DNA from: Burkholderiales bacterium 28-67-8
Lineage (GTDB): Bacteria; Pseudomonadota; Gammaproteobacteria; Burkholderiales; Burkholderiaceae_C
Reading direction: 5' to 3'
NCBI GenBank assembly: GCA_002281415.1
Contig: NCFZ01000001.1
Location: 1-55,610 of the forward strand
Length of the DNA stretch: 55,610 nt
Made by a program: the position numbers and the translations under genes. Positions 34,139 to 42,670 of the stretch are shown one piece after another. The notes beneath the pieces are model-generated. The model had not been told where the DNA came from. It ran no database searches and saw only the letters and a list, made by a program, of their open reading frames with translations. The first letter of the stretch is position 1. Each line of letters opens with the position of its first letter.

Positions 34139-34855
34139 TCAGTCTCGAATGAAGTCGGCGAGCCGACGATTGCGGGAGGCCTGCTCCAGCTGGCCCTCAC
34201 GGGCCCGCGAGTCGGCCACGCGCTGATCCGCTTCGGCCAGGCCGCGCATCAGCTCGATCTGGCTGACCTCGTGCTGCAGGAGGGCGTTCTCCGCGCCGAT
34301 GCGGGCGGTGACCTCCTGGATCTCTTTCTGGTCGGTCGTCGCGCCAGCCCGGCGCATCAGGCTGTTGATCTGGGCCACGCGGTCCTTGGCCTTGGAGAGC
34401 GCGTCTTCCATGAAGGCCTTCTGCTGGTACGGCTTGGCCAGCGTGCTCTGACAGTTGGTGCGCTTGCCGGCGTCATCGACGTCCATGCAGTTGTAGGTCA
34501 TCTGGGCGTCGCGCAGCGTCTTCGAGGCACCGCCCAGCGTGCCATAGCCACCGGACTCCAGGCTGCGAACCATCGTGTTCGCTTCGCGTGGGACGTAGTT
34601 CTGCAGCGCCGGGTTGTTCAGCACGTCGCCGAGCGAGCGGGCGTTCGAGATCGACTCGATCTGCTGCCCCAGGCCCACGATCTGCTGGTATTGGTTCTCG
34701 ATCTGCGAGATCCCGTTCATCACATCGAGAACGGCCTGGATGATCGCGGCCACGTCGATCACGGGGATACCGGCGCGAGCCGGCGCGCTGGCGCACATCA
34801 TCATCACGCCTGCTGCGAAGGCTGCGAGCCCCGAACGGATCTTTGAACGCTTCAT
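34139..34855 (-). CDS. virB5: VirB5/TrbJ-like minor pilus protein
   Basis: Signal peptide followed by the mature N-terminus GIPVIDVAAIIQAVLD, then a helical coiled-coil body. It sits after virB6, which is unusual. Confidence 0.65.
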   Translation of the reverse strand: MKRSKIRSGLAAFAAGVMMMCASAPARAGIPVIDVAAIIQAVLDVMNGISQIENQYQQIVGLGQQIESISNARSLGDVLNNPALQNYVPREANTMVRSLESGGYGTLGGASKTLRDAQMTYNCMDVDDAGKRTNCQSTLAKPYQQKAFMEDALSKAKDRVAQINSLMRRAGATTDQKEIQEVTARIGAENALLQHEVSQIELMRGLAEADQRVADSRAREGQLEQASRNRRLADFIRD

Positions 34856-34905
34856 GACCTGTACTCCCGTGGTTTGCAAATGAGCTTGAAAAGACCGCTG
34901 ACCCG

Positions 34906-35964
34906 TCACGTCGAAACTCCGCCTCGCTGGGCGACCCGCTGATACGCAGCGCGAGCGCCACCCGCCACAGCACCGCCAGCCGATCCGACTGCGCCCGCTG
35001 CTCTGCCGGCGACATAGGCAGCACCGCCGCCTCGGGACATGCTTCCGCCGCCGCCTGTAGCGCCGCTACCGCCTGATCGACCGCCGCCCATCGCGCGCAT
35101 GGCGACCATCGAGTTCGTCACCATCTGGGTGCCGCTCTGGATGGAAGCACCGCCTGTCAGGCTGGACGCCAGGGACGGTGCCTGGAAGAGCACGATAGCC
35201 AGGAGACACATGACGGTTAGATAGGTGCCAGCGGCTTCGAGTGCACCCACGGACCCCGGCACTCCGGCGACGAAGGCGCTGCCAGTGCTGATCGCCTGGA
35301 GAACTCTGTCCGAGACGTACAGGGACATGCCTAAGGCGAAGAAGACGAACCACGACAACACGACAGCGCTCAGAACGAACGAGAGCCAGCTATCGAAGAA
35401 GCGTGCCGTCGACTTGAAGATCAGGCACAGGATCGCCAGCGGGCCAATGGCAAGCGCAAAGGTCAAGATCAGCTTGCCCAGCAGGCCGACAAAGGCCCCG
35501 AGGACGAGGAAGATCGTTGTGCCCAGTGAAAAGAGAACACTGGCGAGCACAAGGTCGAGGCGGAACATGCCAGCGTCCTTCCACAGCAGTGCCAGCTGCT
35601 CGTTCGCTTGGGTGTTCGCAAGGTCTAACGCACCGAAGGCTGTTGTCGCGGCTGCCGCTCTCGGCGCAACGAACAGCGTGGCCAGTCCATCTTGCAGCCC
35701 TGTTGCCCAGGCGACCACATTGCCGCTGTAGTAGAGGCCGGGCAAAGCGAAGGAGAGGATGGCGCCGACTTTCACCATCTTCCAGGCAAAGGTGCCCACG
35801 GGCTCGCTGGCTTCTCCGCGCATGACCGCCAAGCCGTAGACCGCAACGTAGATGGTCACAAGCAGCAGGGCGATCGGCACGAGCCCGACTGCAAGGTCAC
35901 CCGACACTCGCGCGGCATAGCCGAGAAAGAACGTGTTGAACCAGGCTTCGAGCTTCGTGAACAT
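34906..35964 (-). CDS. virB6: VirB6/TrbL
   Basis: Polytopic membrane protein starting MFTKLEAWFNTFFLGYAARVSGDLA, with a Gly-rich C-terminal tail as in TrbL. Confidence 0.85.
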   Translation of the reverse strand: MFTKLEAWFNTFFLGYAARVSGDLAVGLVPIALLLVTIYVAVYGLAVMRGEASEPVGTFAWKMVKVGAILSFALPGLYYSGNVVAWATGLQDGLATLFVAPRAAAATTAFGALDLANTQANEQLALLWKDAGMFRLDLVLASVLFSLGTTIFLVLGAFVGLLGKLILTFALAIGPLAILCLIFKSTARFFDSWLSFVLSAVVLSWFVFFALGMSLYVSDRVLQAISTGSAFVAGVPGSVGALEAAGTYLTVMCLLAIVLFQAPSLASSLTGGASIQSGTQMVTNSMVAMRAMGGGRSGGSGATGGGGSMSRGGGAAYVAGRAAGAVGSAGGAVAGGARAAYQRVAQRGGVST

Positions 35965-35970
35965 GACCTG

Positions 35971-36405
35971 CTACTCCACCGTTCCCATACCGCCCGGCAC
36001 CCCTGCGGAGGCGGGTTCGCACTTGCGAGACGGGGCCCGCGACTCGCAATGCAGCCAGGTGCCGTTGACCTTCACCGTCCAGAAGCGAGACCGCTTGCTA
36101 GTGCCCAAAGACGAAGGGAGGCATCCGGTGCTCGAAAGGAAGACTCCGCGGCACTCCATCAAGCCATCGGCGCTTTCGATCATGAAAACCTCGCTGCCCG
36201 GTGCCGGAGGAGCGGTCTTGCCACCGCCATCGACAAAGCGCTTCGCCGCAGCGGTCAGCGGAGGTGCTTCCACAACGCGCTTCCCATTGACGATTCGGAC
36301 CGCCTCGTTGCCCGGGAATGCCGGGCCGGTGGGCTCAGCTTGCGCCGTCACGCAGACGAGCGCGAACAGCCCTCCGATTGCGGCTGTGGTGAGTTGAAGT
36401 TTCAT
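35971..36405 (-). CDS. Secreted 144-aa four-Cys hypothetical protein within the T4SS operon
   Basis: Signal peptide MKLQLTTAAIGGLFALVCVTAQA/EP. Cys residues occur at MECRG, STGCLP, LHCES and RKCEP. ATG overlaps the virB4 stop (ATGA). No family recognised. Confidence 0.6.
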   Translation of the reverse strand: MKLQLTTAAIGGLFALVCVTAQAEPTGPAFPGNEAVRIVNGKRVVEAPPLTAAAKRFVDGGGKTAPPAPGSEVFMIESADGLMECRGVFLSSTGCLPSSLGTSKRSRFWTVKVNGTWLHCESRAPSRKCEPASAGVPGGMGTVE

Positions 36406-38855
36406 GCTGCCCTCCGGGCATGGCTGCGCCGATCGCGCACGCGCTGATAGAACAAAGGGAGCCAGGTTGTCGGTGCGTCACCGAACTCAGCACGAATCTG
36501 GTCGAGCAGTTCGACGTTGTCCGTGGTTGAGCTGAGGACGGCCAGGAAGTCGTTCATGCCCCCGAGATCGAACTCGCACTGGACCGAGTCCGTGCCCTGC
36601 TTGCACAGGAAGCGCCGCGAGCCCGTGGCGCCGAGCGACTTGACGATGGCGAACTCGGCATCGGTCAGGCCCAGGCCGCCCACGTACTCGTCGCGGTCGG
36701 CGTCCGCGTTGGGAAGTACGAGCTTGGTGACCGACTGCTCGATCATCGTGCGGCCGTTCTCGTTGGAGAGCAGGTCGGCGACTTCCTGCGTGTCGAACAG
36801 GCCGAGGCCGTTCATCTTGCGGATGGTCTTCTGCTTGTGCTTCACGAACGGCGCGAAGGCCGGGTCGCCGAGTGCCTTCCAGCACTCCGCGACGTGATAG
36901 ATCATGGGCTCGCCGTTGACCAGCTCGTCCATCACGTTGAGCAGGTACATCATGATCGGCGTGCGAACGTCGGGGCTGCTGAGCACGCTCGTGTAGTCGA
37001 AGCCGATGGCCATGTGGCTGCGCAGATCGCCGAGGCGGTCGTCAGCCATGTCGAACACCCAACCCAGCTCGCCACCGCGGCACCACTTGCCCAGACGGTC
37101 ATAGAGGCTGTTGGCGCCGGAGCGCGGCAGCGACTGGCGAACCGTACTGAACCACCGAAGCTCAGGCTTGAGTGCAGCGACCGTCGCAACGGCGCGGGCG
37201 ATGGCCTCGTGGTCGTTGGGCAGCAGCGGCATCTCTGGTGACGCGATGCACTGCTTGACCAGTTCGGTCCAGAAGCCGATCCGTTCGGGCGTCACGTCGC
37301 GCTGGAACGGGTTGCAGCCCGTGGGCTGGTTGCGGTCGAACGTGTAGAACACACCGCCCAGTGCCCGGATCACGATCTCGGTGTCGCGGTCCAGGCTGAA
37401 GCTGACCACGCGAGGCCGTACGGCCCACTTGGGCGTAAGGGCCAGCAGGCCAGTCAGCAGCGTCGTCTTGCCCGATCCGGTCGAGCCGATCACGATGGTG
37501 TTGCCGGGCAGCTTCTTGCCCTCGCTGTCCTCGCCCTCGGGGCTGGCGTGCAGGTTCAGATAGAACGGGTTGCCGGCCGGCGTGCGCATCAGCGCCAGGG
37601 CTTCGCCCCAGGGGTTGCCGTCGCGCTTGCCGCGCAGGAAGTTGTGGCCGCAGGTCAGCGCCGCAAAGGCGCGGCTGCTGATCGTGGCCTTGCGCGGGCG
37701 CCACTGGAAGTTGCCGGGCTGCTGCGAGAACCACGCGGCATCGGCCACGAGGTCCACGGGCACCAACTCCATCGCGGTGGTTTCCGTCAGGGCGCCTACT
37801 GCGCTTGCCGCACGTTTTCCACATTCTTCGAGCGTGTCGCCAAACACCGCCAGGGTGTAGCTGTACTCGCCCATGACGAACTGGCCGTCGCCCAGCTGGT
37901 CGAGCGCCACGTCCATCGCTTCGATCTGCGTGACCACTGCGTCGTCAGACGCGAGCAGCTGATCGCGCTGGGTGGTCAGAGCGGCCATCGCCTGCCGGCG
38001 CGGCAGGCTGGAGAAACTCTGCGTCTCGATGAATTCGGAATCTTCGTAGAGCAGCGCGCCGAGCGTGCCGGGTTCGACCTGGCCGGCGAACTCCTTGATC
38101 GACAGCATCGAGGCGTAGCGCCGGCGCTCGCCCTGCCGGATCTCCAGCATGCCGCCGCCGAAGGTCAGGCGTGCATCCGGCAAGGCCTGGTACGCGGGGC
38201 CAGTGGGAAAGCGCACCTTGCGCCACACACCGTTGATCAAGAAGGAGAACAGCTCGCCCGACTCCCAGAACAGGTTCCCGTCCTGTTCGTAGCAGCCGAG
38301 CAGGGTCGGTCCGAACTCGCGCAGGCTGCGCTCGATGAGCGCGCCCTGTTGTTCCATCGTGGCCAGGGTCTGGTTCTGGTAGTCCGTCAGGCTCTCCTTC
38401 GTCCTGGAGGCACGGACACTGCGCTTGGCCAGCTCCGACGGAAACGGCCGGTACAGCAGCGTGATGTACAGCTCGTTGGACATCATCGGCGCGACGCTGA
38501 TGCGGTCCTGGTACGCCTTGGAGAAGGCTGCGCTGAACTCCGGCTCGGTCGCATCGGTCAGCCGGTCATGGATGCGCCGGTGGATGCGGTGGTGATAGAT
38601 GGCCGTGCGGCCCGCAGGCAGGTTGCGCAACACGTTGCACCAGGCGTCGTGCCGATCCTTGACGAGGTTGAATTCGGCACTCTCGAAGGCCACGCCGTCG
38701 AGGCGCCAGACCCGCAGGCAGTCGCCGGACCGGGTTGCGGTGTCGTGCTGCGACAGCGGTGCCCCGATCGAAACGAACTCGCCGACGTTGGATTCCTTGC
38801 CCGCGCGCTCCCAGTAGCGGGGAGTGGCGCGCTCCGGGCTAACGACGCCAAACAT
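36402..38855 (-). CDS. virB4: VirB4 ATPase
   Basis: 817 aa with Walker A VIGSTGSGKTTLLTGL. ATG 38855 is an internal start of track ORF 36402..39014. It overlaps virB3 by 17 nt. Confidence 0.9.
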   Translation of the reverse strand: MFGVVSPERATPRYWERAGKESNVGEFVSIGAPLSQHDTATRSGDCLRVWRLDGVAFESAEFNLVKDRHDAWCNVLRNLPAGRTAIYHHRIHRRIHDRLTDATEPEFSAAFSKAYQDRISVAPMMSNELYITLLYRPFPSELAKRSVRASRTKESLTDYQNQTLATMEQQGALIERSLREFGPTLLGCYEQDGNLFWESGELFSFLINGVWRKVRFPTGPAYQALPDARLTFGGGMLEIRQGERRRYASMLSIKEFAGQVEPGTLGALLYEDSEFIETQSFSSLPRRQAMAALTTQRDQLLASDDAVVTQIEAMDVALDQLGDGQFVMGEYSYTLAVFGDTLEECGKRAASAVGALTETTAMELVPVDLVADAAWFSQQPGNFQWRPRKATISSRAFAALTCGHNFLRGKRDGNPWGEALALMRTPAGNPFYLNLHASPEGEDSEGKKLPGNTIVIGSTGSGKTTLLTGLLALTPKWAVRPRVVSFSLDRDTEIVIRALGGVFYTFDRNQPTGCNPFQRDVTPERIGFWTELVKQCIASPEMPLLPNDHEAIARAVATVAALKPELRWFSTVRQSLPRSGANSLYDRLGKWCRGGELGWVFDMADDRLGDLRSHMAIGFDYTSVLSSPDVRTPIMMYLLNVMDELVNGEPMIYHVAECWKALGDPAFAPFVKHKQKTIRKMNGLGLFDTQEVADLLSNENGRTMIEQSVTKLVLPNADADRDEYVGGLGLTDAEFAIVKSLGATGSRRFLCKQGTDSVQCEFDLGGMNDFLAVLSSTTDNVELLDQIRAEFGDAPTTWLPLFYQRVRDRRSHARRAA

Positions 38856-39171
38856 GGCGGCCCCCTCGGTAGCCAATGGGCGCATAGCTGCGCGCCCCGT
38901 TGCGCAGCACCCGGTTCGGGTTGCGCACCGCCAGCTTGAGTTTGAGGACCATCTGCGTGAGGCGCTGATCGTCGCGGCTCGTGACGATGCGCATCCAGAT
39001 ATAGGCCACGGCAAGCGAGCCGAAGATGACCGGCGCGAAGCGCCAGTTCACCATCGTGGACAGCCACATGCCGGAGATGAAACCCGGCAGCAGCAGGACC
39101 ACCAAGGGGACCAGCGGCACCCCGAATTTCATCGGGGGGCGTGTGGCCCCTTTGAACACGGTTTCGATCAC
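38839..39171 (-). CDS. virB3: VirB3
   Basis: 110 aa starting (M)IETVFKGATRPPMKFGVPLVPLVVLLL, with two TM segments. GTG start. Confidence 0.8.
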   Translation of the reverse strand: MIETVFKGATRPPMKFGVPLVPLVVLLLPGFISGMWLSTMVNWRFAPVIFGSLAVAYIWMRIVTSRDDQRLTQMVLKLKLAVRNPNRVLRNGARSYAPIGYRGGRHVWRR

Positions 39172-39174
39172 GGC

Positions 39175-39501
39175 TCAGCCCATGAAGACTGCAGCGATCG
39201 CCGCGGCCGCGCCGGCGATGGCGCCACCGAAAAGCAGGTTGGACACGTCGCGGAAGCTGGCGCCGGCGAACATGATCTTGTAGCCGGCCATACCGACGCC
39301 GACCGTCATCAGCAGCAGCGTGATGGCCACGACGGTGTCGCGCGCGATCGTGGCGCCACGCACGACGGGCTCCAGGGCCTGGGCCATCGCGGGGTTGGAG
39401 GCAGCGAGCGCTGCGCCGAAGACCAGCAGCGCGATGACCGCACGGGGGCCGGCGATGGAAGTGAGGGGGCGGACCGAGAGTTGATGGCGGGTGAGGTTCA
39501 T
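39175..39501 (-). CDS. virB2: VirB2/TrbC-type pilin
   Basis: 108 aa with a long signal sequence ending AMA/QALEP, two hydrophobic helices and a Gly/Ala-rich C-terminus. It is the internal ATG of track ORF 39175..39813. Confidence 0.8.
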   Translation of the reverse strand: MNLTRHQLSVRPLTSIAGPRAVIALLVFGAALAASNPAMAQALEPVVRGATIARDTVVAITLLLMTVGVGMAGYKIMFAGASFRDVSNLLFGGAIAGAAAAIAAVFMG

Positions 39502-40001
39502 TGCGAGGCTCCTGGGTTGACGGATGCAGTGGCGGGGGCGAACGGGAGAGGCTTTGACGACCACGCTGCGAGGACCTTGCCCACGTAGCCGTGTTGGTGA
39601 CCGGTCAGGAAGTTGCCGGAGTAGTAGCAGCTGAAGGCATCGCGCAGCGCCGCTTGCTTTGGGGCGCGTCGGCTTGCGCGAGAGAAGCACTCGCCCAAGA
39701 TGCCCTGCATCGCGGTGAGATTCGCGCAGGGGTCGAACGAGGTCGAAGGAGTCAGGCCGTAGCGCTCGAAGTTGCGCTTGTTGATCTGGCCTAGCCCGAC
39801 GCTGTAGTTCCATCCGGCTGCTTCCAGCGCGGCAACCGTGGCCAGGGCCTCGGGGAGGTTGGCGGGCTGGCGCACGAGTGCGCCGCCGACCACGCCGATG
39901 GCGAATGGGTTGCCGCCGCTTTCGACCTGGATCAGGGCGCGTGCCGTGTCCTGCGCCACCAGCGGCGCGCAGGTCAGCACGAGGGCGGCCAGATCAATCA
40001 C
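39498..40001 (-). CDS. virB1: VirB1-like lytic transglycosylase
   Basis: Catalytic region ALIQVESGGNPFAIG plus YSVGLGQIN. GTG start overlaps the upstream stop. Confidence 0.85.
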   Translation of the reverse strand: MIDLAALVLTCAPLVAQDTARALIQVESGGNPFAIGVVGGALVRQPANLPEALATVAALEAAGWNYSVGLGQINKRNFERYGLTPSTSFDPCANLTAMQGILGECFSRASRRAPKQAALRDAFSCYYSGNFLTGHQHGYVGKVLAAWSSKPLPFAPATASVNPGASQ

Positions 40002-40579
40002 CCGCCGCCCCCTTGGGCGGCTGCTGCCGCAGCGGCAGCCTCGGCAGCAAGCCGGATCTGTTCACTGATGACCCAAGCTGCGTGGTCGCGGTCGAACCGC
40101 TCGTCCATGGCATCCGGCGAGTTGGCGAACGCCTCCTTCGCGGCCGGCAGCCACTCGACCACCGAGTCACCCGATGGCGACCACCAGGTGCGCGACCACG
40201 GTCGCCCTTCGACGGCGACATGGATCACGCCGCTGAAGGGACAGCTGTAGATGGGCCGGCCACTCTCGTCGGTCCCGGCGTTGGTGATGTACTGCTCCGG
40301 GCACTGCTCGGGCGCCACGTACTGGTTGCCGCTGGCGCTGTCACCGCCCATGCTGCAGGTCGGCCAGCCGCGACCCCGAGCCACGTCGCGCAGGGCCTGG
40401 CGCACGGTGGGCGTGCACTGGCTGATGTTCTGCCAGTTGCCCGCCATGCACAGCAGAAGCTTGCAGCCGTCGACAGCGTGCGCAGGGCCGCTGAGCCCCA
40501 GGGCGAGACCGAGAACGAGGCCGAAAGGGGCAGCAAGTCTCACTAGGGGCCGGATTGTGGTGCTGAAATGTGCTTTCAT
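39998..40579 (-). CDS. TrbM/KikA/MpfK-like conjugal transfer protein
   Basis: Signal peptide ending SGPAHA, then VDGCKLLLCMAGNWQNISQCTP...GWPTC (a KikA/TrbM-like Cys pattern), then a poly-Ala/Gly tail. AAAGG RBS. It is the first gene of the T4SS operon. Confidence 0.5.
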   Translation of the reverse strand: MKAHFSTTIRPLVRLAAPFGLVLGLALGLSGPAHAVDGCKLLLCMAGNWQNISQCTPTVRQALRDVARGRGWPTCSMGGDSASGNQYVAPEQCPEQYITNAGTDESGRPIYSCPFSGVIHVAVEGRPWSRTWWSPSGDSVVEWLPAAKEAFANSPDAMDERFDRDHAAWVISEQIRLAAEAAAAAAAAQGGGG

Positions 40580-40747
40580 TGCCAACCTTTCGCTGGTGTG
40601 AAGACCTGACGCCATACAGTGGCGGGAAGAGACAATGTAGCAGAGCAAAACGTGCGCGGCACGCAAAGATTATCTGTTACACGATATGGACGAGCTCATG
40701 AAGACAAAAAGTTGCGTGATAAGCAATGAACCGCCACGAGGCTTGCG

Positions 40748-41608
40748 GTGAACACTCGTTCTGCCGCCCCAGCGCCCCCGCCGGAGCCAGCAAAGGCCGA
40801 GGCCCAGGGTTCCCTTGCCGCCACCTGCATCCGGGCGCTGCTCGACAGGGCCGGCCTCCCGAGGCACAGGCACTCGGCACACATTGGCGGACTGCTCAGC
40901 CTCTCGTACCACCAGGCCCACCGGCGCATGACGGGAATCGCCCCGTGGTCGCTGGAGGAGCTTCAGACGGTCGCGACGCACCACGGCGAGACCCTGGTGG
41001 ACCTGTTCGGCGAACAGAAGTCAGCGGACTACGAAACCGCGCTGCTCATTGCCGGGCCGCTGCGCGTCACCTGCCGACTCTGGCCAGGTCAGCCCCTGGC
41101 GCAGCATCGGCCGGGCGACCTCATCGCAATCAAGGGCGGGTCCGAGTGGGTGGTGATGGTGGCCGGCGACACGCCGACACCGCAGGCCTGCACCGTGCGA
41201 CGGCTCATCATCGAGCCGAAGCCGGATCGGCCGAGGCGCTTTGCAATCCTCGACGACGACATCGACGTTGCCCGAAGCCTTGCGGCAGGCCTGGTTGAGT
41301 TGGGCTTCGAGGCCACGGCGTTTGCGACCGAGGCGCAGCTGGAAGCTGCCCTGCAGTTCGACAGCTTCGACGCCTACGTGGTCGACTGGGTTCTGCCGAC
41401 CGGTACGGCCGAGGCGCTTGTCGCCAAGCTGCGAAGCCAGAGCGCCACATGCCCCATCGCGCTGCTGACCGGTAAGGCGGGCACCAAGGATGTCGACGAG
41501 AAAGCCCTCGTGGCGGCCATCGAAGAACATGGGCTGCTGTTCCTGCAGAAGCCGGTGACCGCCTCGATTGCCGCGAGTCAGTTCAGTGCGGCTTTCGCAA
41601 ACCGGTGA
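40748..41608 (+). CDS. Three-part regulator: N-terminal HTH, central beta-rich domain, C-terminal receiver (REC)
   Basis: GTG start. HTH-like segment is HIGGLLSLSYHQAHRRMTGIAPWSLEELQTVATHHGETLVDLF. The REC domain keeps D169-D171, D213 (VVDWVLP), T241 (LLTGK) and K268 (LQKP). It is divergent from the T4SS operon. Confidence 0.7.
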   Translation: MNTRSAAPAPPPEPAKAEAQGSLAATCIRALLDRAGLPRHRHSAHIGGLLSLSYHQAHRRMTGIAPWSLEELQTVATHHGETLVDLFGEQKSADYETALLIAGPLRVTCRLWPGQPLAQHRPGDLIAIKGGSEWVVMVAGDTPTPQACTVRRLIIEPKPDRPRRFAILDDDIDVARSLAAGLVELGFEATAFATEAQLEAALQFDSFDAYVVDWVLPTGTAEALVAKLRSQSATCPIALLTGKAGTKDVDEKALVAAIEEHGLLFLQKPVTASIAASQFSAAFANR

Positions 41609-41657
41609 TCAGGCTTCTCGCCCGTCACCAACAGCAAGCAAGAAGGTTCTATCGCGC

Positions 41658-42365
41658 ATGGCCAGTGCAATCGGAGCCGGTGAGGCCGACGAACTGATTG
41701 ACCGGAAGCTGCAGCGCTCTGGCCAGTTGCATGAAGCGATGGCGGAGACGCTCGCTCTGGACGACGAGAGCCTTGAGGTCATCGATCTGCACGGTACGGA
41801 TGTCGCGACGGCCGCCATCGGCCTTTCGATGGAGCACGGGGACTCTCTTCTCGTCTTGATGGCGCGCGGCAACCCCAACACTGCCACTGCAACGCTGCGC
41901 ATGCAATTCGAGTCCATGCTGCGGGGCGCTTGGGCGATCTACGCCGCGACAGAACAGGACATCGAGGCGCTTGAGCGCGAACTCACGGTGGAGGCCGACG
42001 TGCAGGCGCGCAAGGTGGCCGTGTACGGCGACATGCTCAAGGCTCTGCGCAAAGAAGGCTGCAATGCGCCTCGCGTCCTCGTCGACGAGGTCGGGCGAGT
42101 TGATCAAGTGCTACGTCACAGCCTCAACTCATTTGTCCATGGCGGCTTCCAGCCTCTGAAGCGGCACAGCGAAGGCTTCCCCCTGCCGCTGGTGCTTCAG
42201 GTCATAGAGACATCGAACGCGATTTCAACGATGGCGGCGGCTCTCTTTGCTGTCTTGATCGCAGACGAGGGCCATCGCATGTCGCGCTTGAATGCACTCA
42301 TCCCGGAGTACCGCGATGTCCTGCCCGAACTCACGATCGTTCAGAAGCACCAGGCACGCGGCTAG
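41658..42365 (+). CDS. Hypothetical 235-aa all-helical cytoplasmic protein
   Basis: AGAAGG RBS, no signal peptide and no TM segment. It has more A/T-ending codons than its neighbours. No family recognised with confidence. Confidence 0.55.
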   Translation: MASAIGAGEADELIDRKLQRSGQLHEAMAETLALDDESLEVIDLHGTDVATAAIGLSMEHGDSLLVLMARGNPNTATATLRMQFESMLRGAWAIYAATEQDIEALERELTVEADVQARKVAVYGDMLKALRKEGCNAPRVLVDEVGRVDQVLRHSLNSFVHGGFQPLKRHSEGFPLPLVLQVIETSNAISTMAAALFAVLIADEGHRMSRLNALIPEYRDVLPELTIVQKHQARG

Positions 42366-42670
42366 TGTGACGCGCCGCGCGGTTCGGCACTTATCCATCG
42401 AGATGCGCCGTGGTCACCTGCGAGGCCGAATGGCTGCTGTCGGGCGACAACTCGAATTTCTCTTCGCGACCCCTTGCGGAAGTTCTGTCGCTTGAAAAGC
42501 TGACATCCGAAACACCGCAAGACCGTCGCATTGCTCAAGAGCGTCTGTCAACCAGACGGTCTCCGTCGTCGTTGCCGAAGATGCAAGGTTCATCAAGCCG
42601 ATCAAGCGGATATACCCAGCACTCGGCGGAGGCGGAGAAAGGACGCGGCCTCCGATCGGCGCTACAAGAC

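Noticed and set aside
39998-40045. Repetitive GCN/GGN DNA at the 3' end of the kikA/trbM-like gene, considered as a possible tandem repeat element.
   Set aside because: It simply encodes a poly-Ala/Gly tail (AAEAAAAAAAAQGGGG). It is low-complexity coding sequence, not a structured repeat or CRISPR-like array.
25667-40579. Interpreting the T4SS as a Xanthomonas-type bacteria-killing system with effector/immunity pairs.
   Set aside because: I see no VirB7 with an N0 domain, no long VirB8-VirB10 extensions, and no candidate effector-immunity gene pairs or conserved C-terminal effector domains. The kikA/virB1-first order resembles conjugative IncN/W-type loci instead.
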